Positions 18,949 through 28,672 of a stretch of DNA of 64,000 bases are shown here, in pieces. Position 1 is the stretch's first letter; each line of letters starts with the position of its first letter. A model generated the notes under the pieces. The model saw only the letters and a list, made by a program, of their open reading frames with translations. It did no database searches and was not told where the DNA came from. Location of the stretch: NCBI GenBank assembly GCA_964485575.1, contig CAZAJO010000003.1, positions 19,722 through 83,721 of the forward strand, written 5' to 3'. Origin of the DNA: an uncultured Gammaproteobacteria bacterium. Lineage in GTDB: Bacteria > Patescibacteriota > Microgenomatia > Levybacterales > GWA1-39-11. The position numbers and the translations under genes were made by a program.

Positions 18949-21900
18949 TTAATAAAATTTCTAAGTTTACAGTATTCGCAATCAAGATCTTTACATGTAT
19001 CATTCCAGAAAGAAAGAGAAGATATCTCTTCTCCTACCTTTACCGTCTGCTCAAGTAATATCTTTTCCTCTTCGTCAGTAATATCAAATACTTCCCGCCT
19101 GTAATCTCCTTTTTCGGTTGGTTCTACAAATTCGATTATGCCATTATTCATCTTAAAAAAACCGTTTCGAAAGCGGTCTAGTAAAATTTTGTAGAACACT
19201 AGTTGTCTTTTATAATTCCCATCCCCATCTTTTACATTTCCTTCAATAACATTTCTTGATTTTGGCTTTCCTGTCTTAAAATCAGTGACATCAAATTTAC
19301 CTCCATCCACTGGACGTATCATATCTATCTTTCCATTAAGAATAAGGTCATCATTTATTCTTATTCCCTTTATTTCAAGTTCTGTCTCCATGTCACTTTC
19401 CCAATCAGTCATTTGATTGTCATAAAATCCAGAAAGAGCCTCTTTTCCTCTTTCCATAAATCTATCCCTCTCGTTTTCAGAGAATGGGAGGATATCCATT
19501 TCTTCTCTAAATTTTTCTATCAATAATTCCTTTGTCACTTTCTTGCCTTTTTTAAGTTGCACCAAATACTGATTCAGAGCACCATGGATTGCACTACCGT
19601 AAAGATTTGAATTTTCAATTTTCTGCGGAAGACGTATGAGATTTACAAAAAAGAATTTCCAAGGACATGTTAAATAATTGTTCAATGCACTAACCGATAA
19701 ACCTTGTCTTCTAAATAACTCTTTTGCATATTTTGATGATATCAGCTGACCTTTTTCTGATTTGGAGCTTACGAGTATTGCTTCTAAATTAGAGGATAGC
19801 TTTTTTTCGAAATTGACTATATTCTCCTCAAATATAAATTCTTCAGGAATTTCACTTATGAATTGAGAAGGAATTTGTTCTCTTCCATCCATCGAGGTCA
19901 TAGAGTATGTGATAAATATTTTTTTTCTAGCTCGTGTCATAGCTACATAAAAAAGTCTCCTCTCATCAGCATTCTTGTCCATCTCCTCATCTGACTCACG
20001 AGTTCCTACCAGATATTCCCATGGTATTTCAAATTTTGAACCAATATTGTGCTTGTTACCCCAATGTGTGTCATAGCAGTTCACAATAAAAACATTATCA
20101 AACTCAAGACCTTTTGATTTGTGAACAGTCATTACTCTGACAAGATCTTCTGGAATAATGCTGGTATTAAGTTTTAGAGAGATTTTATGGGTTTTTAAAA
20201 GATCTATGAATTTTATGAAATCAGTTACAGTATATAGTGGATTTCTTGCTACCTGTTTTTTTATTTCATCATAAAGCCTGGTAACTCTTAGTAAAATTTC
20301 TTGCCCGTGAGGTTTTTTTAGAATTGTTGTCATAAGTCCAGATTTGTTCAGAACGTCAACAAACAACACATCAAACCGCGAATTTACAGATTGTTTTACA
20401 AATCCATCCTCTCCCATAAATAATTTAACAAACTGTTCTATTGGTTTTTTATTTAATATCTCTATCTCATCCAACCAATTGTTGTTTGTAAGCACATCCC
20501 AAACAGGAACTTTTTTATCATATGAAAGTCTGTTAATTTTAAAAACATCGAGTGGCGATATTTTAAAGCAATCCAAAAGTAATGCGCGCTGTACATTTTC
20601 ATTGGTTTGCTTTGCAACTGTCTTTAAGAGAAGAACTAATTTTTGAACATCAAGGTCATCAAGTATATCGTTGTCTGCCTCCACAATGTATGGAATTTTT
20701 TCATTTTCAAATACCGGAATAAAACTTTCAACATCCCTGTTGTTACGGACCAGAACTGCTATCTCATGCCCCTTGGCAGACTTTAAAAGTTCTTTTATTT
20801 TCTCTGTAACAAAATAAACTTCAGATGTGCTAGTTGATAGGGATGCTATGTGAATCTTTTCTTCACTATATCCCACATTCTTTTTGAGAGCATGGCTTTC
20901 AGCCAAAATTTTTGAATGTTTTGGATTATTACTGATCAGTGAAAACGACGAATCTAAAATATTTTTTGTAGAGCGGTAGTTATCTGAAAGATTTATCAGT
21001 CTTGCATCTGGATACTTTTCTTTAAATTTGTAAAAGTTTGCAATTGTTGCTCCCTGAAACCTAAATATTGCTTGTTTTTCATCACCTACAATAAAAAGGT
21101 TTGGGTTCTCAAAATAGTTTGAGATCAACTCTACTATCTTATTTTGAGAAGCATTTGTATCCTGATGCTCATCGACTAAAAGATAGTGGAATTTTTCTTG
21201 CAGATATTGAAGTAAATATTCATGCTCTTCAAGTTTTTTTATTACTTCCAAAAGCATGTCGTTATAGTCATATTTCTTTCCCTTGAACAATCTTTTCTGA
21301 TACTCTTTGTAAACTAAAAGTAATTCTTTACTTTTTTCAAGATTATCAAATTGCTTCTTATATTGACTCTTCATCTTTCCTTTGTGAGCCCCTTTTTCGT
21401 GTAGAAGGTCGGGCCTATCTTTAAGATCTTTTTCAAAATCTTTTAGACCTTTTTCAAATCCTTCAGGAGTTATGTTTTCCTGTTTAAGATTGCCGATCAT
21501 TCTCATCGCAGGTTGGACATAATAAGTAAGATCTCCTAATGGCTTTAGAATCTTTAATGGGAGATCATTTATGGCACCTTCCACAATTTCTAGTTGATCT
21601 ATCTCATTTATATTTTCTGATGAAATAATATGAGCAAATTCCTCTTGATGAGTTTTAATAAAACTGTTACAAAATGAGTGGAATGTCGTGATGTCTACTC
21701 GATACGCATCGTGCCCAATAATCGAAAGTAATCTTTTTCTCATCTCATGAGCTGCTGCTTCAGTAAAGGTAAGGGCTAAAATATTTTCAGCATTCACTTG
21801 AGTTTTAAGAAGAATATTTGCAATGCGAAGTGTAAGAGTTTTTGTTTTTCCTGTTCCAGGTCCCGCAACAACCATAATAGCCCCTTCTATAGTGTCTACA

Positions 21901-21959
21901 GCTTCTTTTTGGGCGAGATTTAATCCTTTATATTGTTTTTCAAATTCTCGTGACGTCAT
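18945..21959 (-). CDS. UvrD/PcrA-type SF1 helicase fused to a C-terminal PD-(D/E)XK (RecB/Cas4-like) nuclease domain with a Cys cluster
   Basis: 1004 aa with AGPGTGKT Walker A and UvrD motifs. The C-terminus has a Cys cluster (CKDLDCEYC), as in AddB/Cas4-type nucleases. Confidence 0.75.
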   Translation of the reverse strand: MTSREFEKQYKGLNLAQKEAVDTIEGAIMVVAGPGTGKTKTLTLRIANILLKTQVNAENILALTFTEAAAHEMRKRLLSIIGHDAYRVDITTFHSFCNSFIKTHQEEFAHIISSENINEIDQLEIVEGAINDLPLKILKPLGDLTYYVQPAMRMIGNLKQENITPEGFEKGLKDFEKDLKDRPDLLHEKGAHKGKMKSQYKKQFDNLEKSKELLLVYKEYQKRLFKGKKYDYNDMLLEVIKKLEEHEYLLQYLQEKFHYLLVDEHQDTNASQNKIVELISNYFENPNLFIVGDEKQAIFRFQGATIANFYKFKEKYPDARLINLSDNYRSTKNILDSSFSLISNNPKHSKILAESHALKKNVGYSEEKIHIASLSTSTSEVYFVTEKIKELLKSAKGHEIAVLVRNNRDVESFIPVFENEKIPYIVEADNDILDDLDVQKLVLLLKTVAKQTNENVQRALLLDCFKISPLDVFKINRLSYDKKVPVWDVLTNNNWLDEIEILNKKPIEQFVKLFMGEDGFVKQSVNSRFDVLFVDVLNKSGLMTTILKKPHGQEILLRVTRLYDEIKKQVARNPLYTVTDFIKFIDLLKTHKISLKLNTSIIPEDLVRVMTVHKSKGLEFDNVFIVNCYDTHWGNKHNIGSKFEIPWEYLVGTRESDEEMDKNADERRLFYVAMTRARKKIFITYSMTSMDGREQIPSQFISEIPEEFIFEENIVNFEKKLSSNLEAILVSSKSEKGQLISSKYAKELFRRQGLSVSALNNYLTCPWKFFFVNLIRLPQKIENSNLYGSAIHGALNQYLVQLKKGKKVTKELLIEKFREEMDILPFSENERDRFMERGKEALSGFYDNQMTDWESDMETELEIKGIRINDDLILNGKIDMIRPVDGGKFDVTDFKTGKPKSRNVIEGNVKDGDGNYKRQLVFYKILLDRFRNGFFKMNNGIIEFVEPTEKGDYRREVFDITDEEEKILLEQTVKVGEEISSLSFWNDTCKDLDCEYCKLRNFIN

Positions 21960-21978
21960 GGGGAGATAAAAATGCCTC

Positions 21979-22338
21979 AGGAAGAGAGTGAGCCGGATTC
22001 TGTTTTAATCGTAATCTCTCTCGATTTGATATTAGTCAATTCGTTCGCCTATTCGGCGAATGCCCTCAAACTTTGGTGCTAGTCACCCTTACGGGTGACA
22101 GGTAATGTACGTTCGCACCTTTCGGAGGTTGCAGCAGGTGGGATTGCCCGTTTCACACTCACTCGTCTCTGTTGCTCTCAGAAAATGTTAATTCATCTTC
22201 TGTCCTAGTCTTCACATGTGAGTAAAAAGACTAGTAACCAGCGCTTCCACGTCGGAGCTTGCACTCCAACCCTGACATTACACCTGTCCGGACTTTCCTC
22301 TGCATTCAATAAAGATTGCAGTAACGAAACTTCTTCCT
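21979..22338 (-). ncRNA. rnpB: RNase P RNA (bacterial type)
   Basis: The minus strand carries GAGGAAAGUCCGGAC (P4 5' strand), AAAGGUGCGAAC and ACAGAAUCCGGCUCAC (P4 3' strand). A terminal P1 pairs AGGAAGAAG with CUCUUCCU. The gene lies in a GC-rich ORF-free gap. Confidence 0.8.
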
Positions 22339-22389
22339 AAGGCTTACGTATTATACCACGAGGATAAAAGCACAACAACTTATAGTAAA

Positions 22390-23328
22390 TTACTTCGTGA
22401 GGAAATTATTTAATTCACTTTTTATCTCATCAACATAGTTTTTTTCAATATCAAACCAAATTGTGTTCCCGTATTTACGGAACCACGTCATCTGGTTTTT
22501 TGCATGACGGTATTCTGAAATCTTCCAGCGGTAAGCTGCTTCTTCCAAACTTATTTCCCCCTGTAGGTATTGAAAAAGTTGCTTGTATCCATTTGCATCT
22601 TTTATCTGTGGCGCCAAACTATCATAAATTTCAAACAATTTTGCTACCTCCACTAATGCTCCTTGTTTCAGGCGATCAGCTACTCTCAGATCAATTCTCT
22701 GTTTAAGAACATCTCTTTCGCACTGCAACCCAATCACCAAACTTTCCTCATTTGTATTTTCCTTGATTTCTAGTTCTTGATTCTTAATTCTTGATCGCTC
22801 AACCTCAATCGCTCTGATAAGTCTTCTTGGATTATTTCTATCTGAATCGTTCAGAGAATTTAGCTTTACACTAGGGAGTAGTTTTTGAAGTTTCAAAACA
22901 GACAATTTCTCAAGTTTACTGCGTAGTTTTATATCAGGTTTTATCGAAGCTGTATCTATTGGCTCCAATAATGATTTGACATATAGTCCAGTTCCTCCAA
23001 CAACAATTGGCAATTTATTATTCTTAAGAATTTTTCCTATAGTAATAGTCGCAATATCTTGGAAATTAGAAACAGAAAATGCTGAAGTTGGATCTACAAT
23101 ATCAAGTAGAAAAATAGGGATGCCCCTATCAATATAAAAGCCTGCGTTATTTCCATGTTTGAAGGCAGTTTTGGATAAATCTTTCCCCGAAACTATATCA
23201 AGTCCTTTATAGACCTGAATAGAATCAGCGCTAATCAATTCGGCATTAAATTCCTTAGCAAGACTGAATGCAAGGTCTGTTTTTCCCACACCAGTCGGCC
23301 CGACGATATAAACTATTTTTTGCATGAG
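22390..23328 (-). CDS. miaA: tRNA dimethylallyltransferase
   Basis: MQKIVYIVGPTGVGKTDLA P-loop N-terminus. I prefer the Met at 23328 (GAGG upstream) over the 23343 start. Confidence 0.85.
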   Translation of the reverse strand, partial: LMQKIVYIVGPTGVGKTDLAFSLAKEFNAELISADSIQVYKGLDIVSGKDLSKTAFKHGNNAGFYIDRGIPIFLLDIVDPTSAFSVSNFQDIATITIGKILKNNKLPIVVGGTGLYVKSLLEPIDTASIKPDIKLRSKLEKLSVLKLQKLLPSVKLNSLNDSDRNNPRRLIRAIEVERSRIKNQELEIKENTNEESLVIGLQCERDVLKQRIDLRVADRLKQGALVEVAKLFEIYDSLAPQIKDANGYKQLFQYLQGEISLEEAAYRWKISEYRHAKNQMTWFRKYGNTIWFDIEKNYVDEIKSELNNFLTK

Positions 23329-23348
23329 GCTATTATACCTCACTATAG

Positions 23349-23627
23349 TTATTTAATGGCCTTTTTTAAGCTCTTACCAGGAGTAAATCCCGGAGCCTTT
23401 CTTGCAGAGATAGTTATTGCTGCGCCTGTTTTTGGGTTTCTTCCCTTGCGGGCTTTTCTTGATCTTACAGAAAAAGTACCAAAACCGGTAATTACAACTT
23501 TCTCTCCTCTTTTTAGTGAATCACGGATTCCATTCAAAAAAACTTTAACGGATTCTTTGGCAGCTTTATTGGTCAGGTTTCCTTTTTTAGCGACGAGCTC
23601 AATGAGCTCTTTTTTTGTAACGGACAT
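23349..23627 (-). CDS. hup: HU/IHF-family DNA-binding protein
   Basis: 92 aa, GFGTFSVRSRKARKGRNPKTG arm motif. Confidence 0.9.
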   Translation of the reverse strand: MSVTKKELIELVAKKGNLTNKAAKESVKVFLNGIRDSLKRGEKVVITGFGTFSVRSRKARKGRNPKTGAAITISARKAPGFTPGKSLKKAIK

Positions 23628-23706
23628 ATGAAATTCACCCCCTCTCGTTTAATTTTTCCTTGATTTAACAATACAAACTATCAATTGGTTTGTCAATATA
23701 TCGGTT

Positions 23707-23985
23707 TTGGATTACAATATTTCAGTGAGCACATTAGAGGAAAGAATCGAAAAAATCGAACAAAGAAACAAGAACGTAGAGTCTGACAAAGCTTGGGAAG
23801 GAAGTTGGACAAGAAAAACTGTTCTTATATTGTTTACATACATTACGATTGGACTGTATCTTAATGTAATCAATATATCCGATCCATGGATCAACGCAAT
23901 CGTTCCATCGATAGGGTTCTTCTTATCTACACTGACACTGCCTTGGATAAAAATCTGGTGGAAGAAAAATTTATATACGAGCTGA
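23707..23985 (+). CDS. Hypothetical small membrane protein (TTG start in track; an alternative GTG lies at 23725)
   Basis: 92 aa with two predicted TM helices and no recognisable family. Confidence 0.3.
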   Translation: MDYNISVSTLEERIEKIEQRNKNVESDKAWEGSWTRKTVLILFTYITIGLYLNVINISDPWINAIVPSIGFFLSTLTLPWIKIWWKKNLYTS

Positions 23986-23987
23986 GG

Positions 23988-25145
23988 TCACTCTTTTGGC
24001 TCGGTAACGCGGAATTCGCGGATAACTGTTACTCTAACAACTCCTGGAACGATAACTTTTCTATCAATTTCTTCTTTTATTTTTCGAGCTAAAATTGTCG
24101 TTTCAACGTCATCCAATTTTCCAGGATTAACGGCTACTCTGATCTCACGACCCGCCTCGAAGGCGTAAGCGTCCTCAACACCATCATAATGCTTTGCTAT
24201 CTCTTCCATATCCCGAAGTCTCTTCATATAGTCCTGTAGATCCTCATGTCTCGCGCCGGGTCTTGCACCGGAAATACTGTCAGCTGTTGACACGATCATT
24301 GACTCTATTGAAGAGAATGGCTTATCTTCATGATGCTCTGCTACGCAATTGACGATCTCACGTGGAATTTTATATTTATTGAGAAGTTCTACCCCAAGAT
24401 CAACGTGACTTCCTTCTTTTTCAGTGACAATCTTTCCGATGTCGTGGAAAAGGCATCCAAGCTTTACTGTCTCGACATTTGCTCCTATTTCGTGTGCGAT
24501 TTGCATTCCAATCTTCGTCTCTTCTAATGTATGAACAACTAGATTTTGTCCAAAAGAAGTTCTGAATTTAAAGCGTCCAAGCATTTGGATAAGATCTGGG
24601 TGAATATTGTATGCGTCAACTGCATGGGCCAATTTTTCTCCTTCTTCGTATACTATTTTATTAACCTCTTTCTGTTGCTGTTCTACTACTTCCTCGATTC
24701 TGACTGGCTGAATCCTTGTATCTCTTATGAGAAGTTCCAATGATCTTCTAGCTACTTCACGTCTAACTGGATCAAAGCTTGATAGGCGTATAATTCCTCT
24801 CTCCTCAAGATCAACATCTACTCCGGTTGCATTCTCAAATGCTCTTATATTTCTTCCTTCTTTTCCTATGATTCTACCTTTCATGTCCTCATCCTCAATC
24901 TTTACGACCGAGAGTGTGTATTCTGGAAGAAAATCAAGTGCTCCATGCTTTATAGCATCAGCCAAAATTTCTTGAGCCTTTTTGTGTGCTACAGCTTTTG
25001 TTTCTGCTTCTGCTTCTTTGATCTCTTTGGCCATTTCGCCCTTAAGATCATTTTGCATTTCTGCGATAAGTAGCCTTTTTGCCTCTTCAGAGGTTATATG
25101 AGAGATTTCTTCTAATTTTTTTATGTAATTTTTTCTATCGTCCAT
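23988..25145 (-). CDS. rny: Ribonuclease Y (KH + HD domains), lacking an obvious N-terminal TM
   Basis: 385 aa. KH block GRIIGKEGRNIRAFE and HD block FHDIGK..H..D. Confidence 0.8.
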   Translation of the reverse strand: MDDRKNYIKKLEEISHITSEEAKRLLIAEMQNDLKGEMAKEIKEAEAETKAVAHKKAQEILADAIKHGALDFLPEYTLSVVKIEDEDMKGRIIGKEGRNIRAFENATGVDVDLEERGIIRLSSFDPVRREVARRSLELLIRDTRIQPVRIEEVVEQQQKEVNKIVYEEGEKLAHAVDAYNIHPDLIQMLGRFKFRTSFGQNLVVHTLEETKIGMQIAHEIGANVETVKLGCLFHDIGKIVTEKEGSHVDLGVELLNKYKIPREIVNCVAEHHEDKPFSSIESMIVSTADSISGARPGARHEDLQDYMKRLRDMEEIAKHYDGVEDAYAFEAGREIRVAVNPGKLDDVETTILARKIKEEIDRKVIVPGVVRVTVIREFRVTEPKE

Positions 25146-25342
25146 TTTTGGACAAAGCGGAAGACCTATTTAAAATAGGTGAGGCGTAAAGTTGGTTTGA
25201 ACATTTTGGTATTCATGGCTTTTACTCCGTACCGCATTGATTGTTTGATTATATCAGCCTTGTCATGTTTTCACAATATTGAGAGGCTGACACAATCAGG
25301 CTTGTGTTGAACGACCAAAGCCGATAAACTAGAATACTGCCC

Positions 25343-26608
25343 ATGTTAATAACTAATTTTGACCAACTTGCAATAACTCCTCAGAGAAAGACAATTCTTG
25401 ATATTATTGAGGCTGGCTTTGAATCCTTACAACCTGATGTCAATTTCAAGAAAACCGTCCAGTTTGATAACAATATTTTGACCATTTTAGATCAACAATA
25501 TGATCTCAATACCTTTGATCACGTATACCTCATAGGCTTTGGTAAAGGAAGTTCAACCAACGCCAAACTGCTTGAAGATCTATTGGGGGAAAAGTTAAGT
25601 GAAGGATATGTAATTGACACAAAGGAACAAGAATTCAAAAAAATTCAATTCACGCTTGGAACTCATCCAGTTGTTTCTCAACAAAATGTAGATTTTACAT
25701 TCAAGTTGATGGATAGATTCTCAAAAATGACTGAACGTGATCTTGTCTTGGTTGTTGTTTGCGGGGGAGGAAGTGCAATGCTTGAGCATCCACACTCAGT
25801 GAGTATTGAGCAAAAGATAGAAATAGAAAAAGCTTTATTGAAATCAGGGGCCAATATAATAGAAATGAACAAAATTAGACAACACCTATCAGATGTCAAA
25901 GGAGGAGGACTTGCACAAATTTTGTATCCAGCAACAGTTGCTACATTAATTTACTCAGATGTCCCTGGAAATGATATTTCCTATATAGCATCGGGTCCTA
26001 CAGTAAAAGATGATACCACTATTGATGACGCGATGGCGCTCGTTACAAAATTTAATATCCCTGATATTACACCCGAAGTATTCATAAATAACCCTCATGA
26101 TGATAAGTATTTCGAGAAGGTACGGAACCATATCGTTCTTTCTAACCTAACCGCCCTCAACAAGATGAAGGAAATAGCAGAACAAAACAATCTCTCCGCA
26201 ACAATCTTTAGTGATAAATTTCAGGGAGAGGCAAGAAATGCTTCACTAGAACTTATGAGCAAGCAAGAAGGACCAGGAATACTTTTTGCCGGTGGTGAAA
26301 CCACGGTAACGGCAAAAGGAGATGGGAAAGGTGGACGCAACCAAGAGGCTACTCTTTCAGCCCTCATAAATCTACCTGATAATACCCTTGTCTGCTTCTT
26401 TGCATCGGATGGGTGGGATAACTCCGAGGCAGCAGGAGCAATAGCAGATAGTGAAACAAAAAGAAAAGCGACAGAACAGAATGTGGATCTTTCAGGATTT
26501 TTGGAAAATAATGATAGCTTTACTGCATTTCAACAAACAAAAGATGCAATCATGACTGGTCGCCTACCTTCAAACGTCGCCGATTTAATGATAGTATGGA
26601 AGTGGTAG
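25343..26608 (+). CDS. Glycerate kinase (MOFRL / glycerate-2-kinase family)
   Basis: 421 aa with a DUF4147/MOFRL-like organisation (GGGSAMLEHP, GGETTVT). Confidence 0.6.
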   Translation: MLITNFDQLAITPQRKTILDIIEAGFESLQPDVNFKKTVQFDNNILTILDQQYDLNTFDHVYLIGFGKGSSTNAKLLEDLLGEKLSEGYVIDTKEQEFKKIQFTLGTHPVVSQQNVDFTFKLMDRFSKMTERDLVLVVVCGGGSAMLEHPHSVSIEQKIEIEKALLKSGANIIEMNKIRQHLSDVKGGGLAQILYPATVATLIYSDVPGNDISYIASGPTVKDDTTIDDAMALVTKFNIPDITPEVFINNPHDDKYFEKVRNHIVLSNLTALNKMKEIAEQNNLSATIFSDKFQGEARNASLELMSKQEGPGILFAGGETTVTAKGDGKGGRNQEATLSALINLPDNTLVCFFASDGWDNSEAAGAIADSETKRKATEQNVDLSGFLENNDSFTAFQQTKDAIMTGRLPSNVADLMIVWKW

Positions 26609-26802
26609 TGGACAAATTGAGAATTGATTTTGAGAATTAATGAAGTGAACATTTTCAAAAAAAAGCATTTGAAAGCCGAGCAGGACCTTTTTTACGATAA
26701 GAAAAACCTGAATGAAAGGCTTTCATATAGTGAAGGGAGTTATTATTAATTAGCGTAACTGAATCCGAACGGGCTTTTTTTAAATAATGTGAACGGAATC
26801 CT

Positions 26803-27663
26803 ATGGAAGAAATAACTCAAGAAAAAATACTAGAACTCGAAGAAATCGCGGTCAAAGCACGTGAGCTTTTGATGACTACCTTATTGGAAGCAGGAAGTGG
26901 TCATTCTGCCGGGCCTCTTGGAATGGCTGATATCTTCACTGCGTTCTATTTTCATTTGCTAAATCACGACCCTAAAAATCCAGAATGGCCTGACCGCGAC
27001 CGTCTCATTCTCTCAAACGGTCATATCTGTCCTATCCGTTATGTATCAATGGCACAAGCTGACTACTTCCCCATAGAAGAGCTCAAAACTCTGAGAAAAA
27101 TTAACTCAAGAATCCAAGGCCATCCTCATAGGACCGCTCTACCGGGTCTTGAAACAACTTCAGGACCGCTTGGAGAAGGACTTTCGCAAGCTGTTGGAAT
27201 TGCACTTGCCGGAAGGTTAGATAAAAAAGATTACCAAGTCTATTGCATAGCATCAGATGGTGAACACCAAGAGGGTAATACTTGGGAGGCGGCAATGTGT
27301 GCTGCAAAATACAAACTAGACAATCTGACTTTGATAATAGACAGAAATAATATCCAGATTGATGGGAATACTGAAGATATAATGCCACTTGAATCTATGA
27401 GACTTAAATATGAATCTTTTAACTGGAATGTGTTGGAGATTAATGGCAATGATATTCGAGCAATTGTCGATGCCGTCCAGACTGCAAAGGCAATGCGAGA
27501 AAGGCCAACATGTATTATCGCCCACACTGTTCCTGGAAAAGGAGTGGACTTTATGGAGAATGATTTTACATGGCATGGCAAACCACCAAATGACAAAGAA
27601 GCAAAGTTAGCTCTTGCAGAACTAAGAACCCTGCAAGGTAAAATTGAATCAGAACACCAGTAG
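26803..27663 (+). CDS. Transketolase, N-terminal (TPP-binding) subunit
   Basis: 286 aa, GHSAGPLGMADI and GDGEHQEGNTWEA motifs. Confidence 0.85.
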   Translation: MEEITQEKILELEEIAVKARELLMTTLLEAGSGHSAGPLGMADIFTAFYFHLLNHDPKNPEWPDRDRLILSNGHICPIRYVSMAQADYFPIEELKTLRKINSRIQGHPHRTALPGLETTSGPLGEGLSQAVGIALAGRLDKKDYQVYCIASDGEHQEGNTWEAAMCAAKYKLDNLTLIIDRNNIQIDGNTEDIMPLESMRLKYESFNWNVLEINGNDIRAIVDAVQTAKAMRERPTCIIAHTVPGKGVDFMENDFTWHGKPPNDKEAKLALAELRTLQGKIESEHQ

Positions 27664-27666
27664 TCT

Positions 27667-28659
27667 ATGTTAAATAACGAATTCAAACTTAACGAAAATT
27701 TATTTGACGAAGATGTCAAAAAAGCAGCAACCCGCGCCGGATATGGCGAGGGCTTGGTAGCACTTGGGGAGACCAACCCAAATGTAGTTGTTCTGTCTGC
27801 CGATCTTACTGAGTCGACAAAGGTAAATGAATTTGCTGAAAAATACCCGGAAAGATTTTTTGAAATGGGAGTTGCAGAACAAAATATGGCAGCTGTAGCG
27901 GCTGGTCTTGGAGTCACTGGAAAAGCAGCATTCATTTCCTCTTACGCTACATTCTCACCAGGAAAAAATTTGGAAACATTAAGAACAACAACAGTTTATA
28001 ACGACGCAAATGTAAAAATTGCAGGTCACCACGCAGGTCTCATGACGGGTCCGGATGGCGCAACTCATCAAGCAACTGAAGACTTAGCAATCACAAGAAC
28101 ATGGCCTAAGATGAGAGTTATTGTCCCGTGTGACGCCAACCAAGCGGCAAAATCTACAATGTATGCCGGCAATAATTACGGCCCTTTCTATCTTCGGTTC
28201 ACAAGAGACAATACTCCTTTGATAACTACGGTTGATACCCCATTTGAATTTGGAAAGGCCCAAACATTTTGGGTAACTCAAAATCCTACCGCTTCAATTT
28301 TTGCGACCGGATACATGGTTTTTCATGCACTTACTGCTGCAAAAGAATTGGAAGAAGAAGGAATAAATATATTAGTGACAAATATCCATACCATAAAACC
28401 AATCGATGAAGAGGCAATAATAAATATTGCAAGAGAAACGGGTGCTATTGTTTCGGTTGAAGATCATCAGGTTGATGGAGGGCTTGGCAGCGCAATAGCA
28501 GAAGTTCTTTCAAGAAATCTTCCAACACCTCAAGAATACATCGGACTTCAAAACACATTTGGAGAGTCAGGAAAGATCGATGAGTTACTCACAAAATATA
28601 AAATGGACAAAGATGCCATCAAAGAAGCAGTCAAAAAAGTTATTTCTAGAAAATCCTGA
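27667..28659 (+). CDS. Transketolase, C-terminal (pyrimidine-binding) subunit
   Basis: 330 aa, adjacent to the N-terminal subunit with a 4-bp gap. Confidence 0.85.
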   Translation: MLNNEFKLNENLFDEDVKKAATRAGYGEGLVALGETNPNVVVLSADLTESTKVNEFAEKYPERFFEMGVAEQNMAAVAAGLGVTGKAAFISSYATFSPGKNLETLRTTTVYNDANVKIAGHHAGLMTGPDGATHQATEDLAITRTWPKMRVIVPCDANQAAKSTMYAGNNYGPFYLRFTRDNTPLITTVDTPFEFGKAQTFWVTQNPTASIFATGYMVFHALTAAKELEEEGINILVTNIHTIKPIDEEAIINIARETGAIVSVEDHQVDGGLGSAIAEVLSRNLPTPQEYIGLQNTFGESGKIDELLTKYKMDKDAIKEAVKKVISRKS

Positions 28660-28672
28660 ACTTGTCGAAGAA

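Noticed and set aside
27101-27935. 231-aa and 95-aa minus-strand ORFs antisense to the transketolase genes
   Set aside because: They are Ser/Ala-rich antisense shadows of a well-supported coding region.
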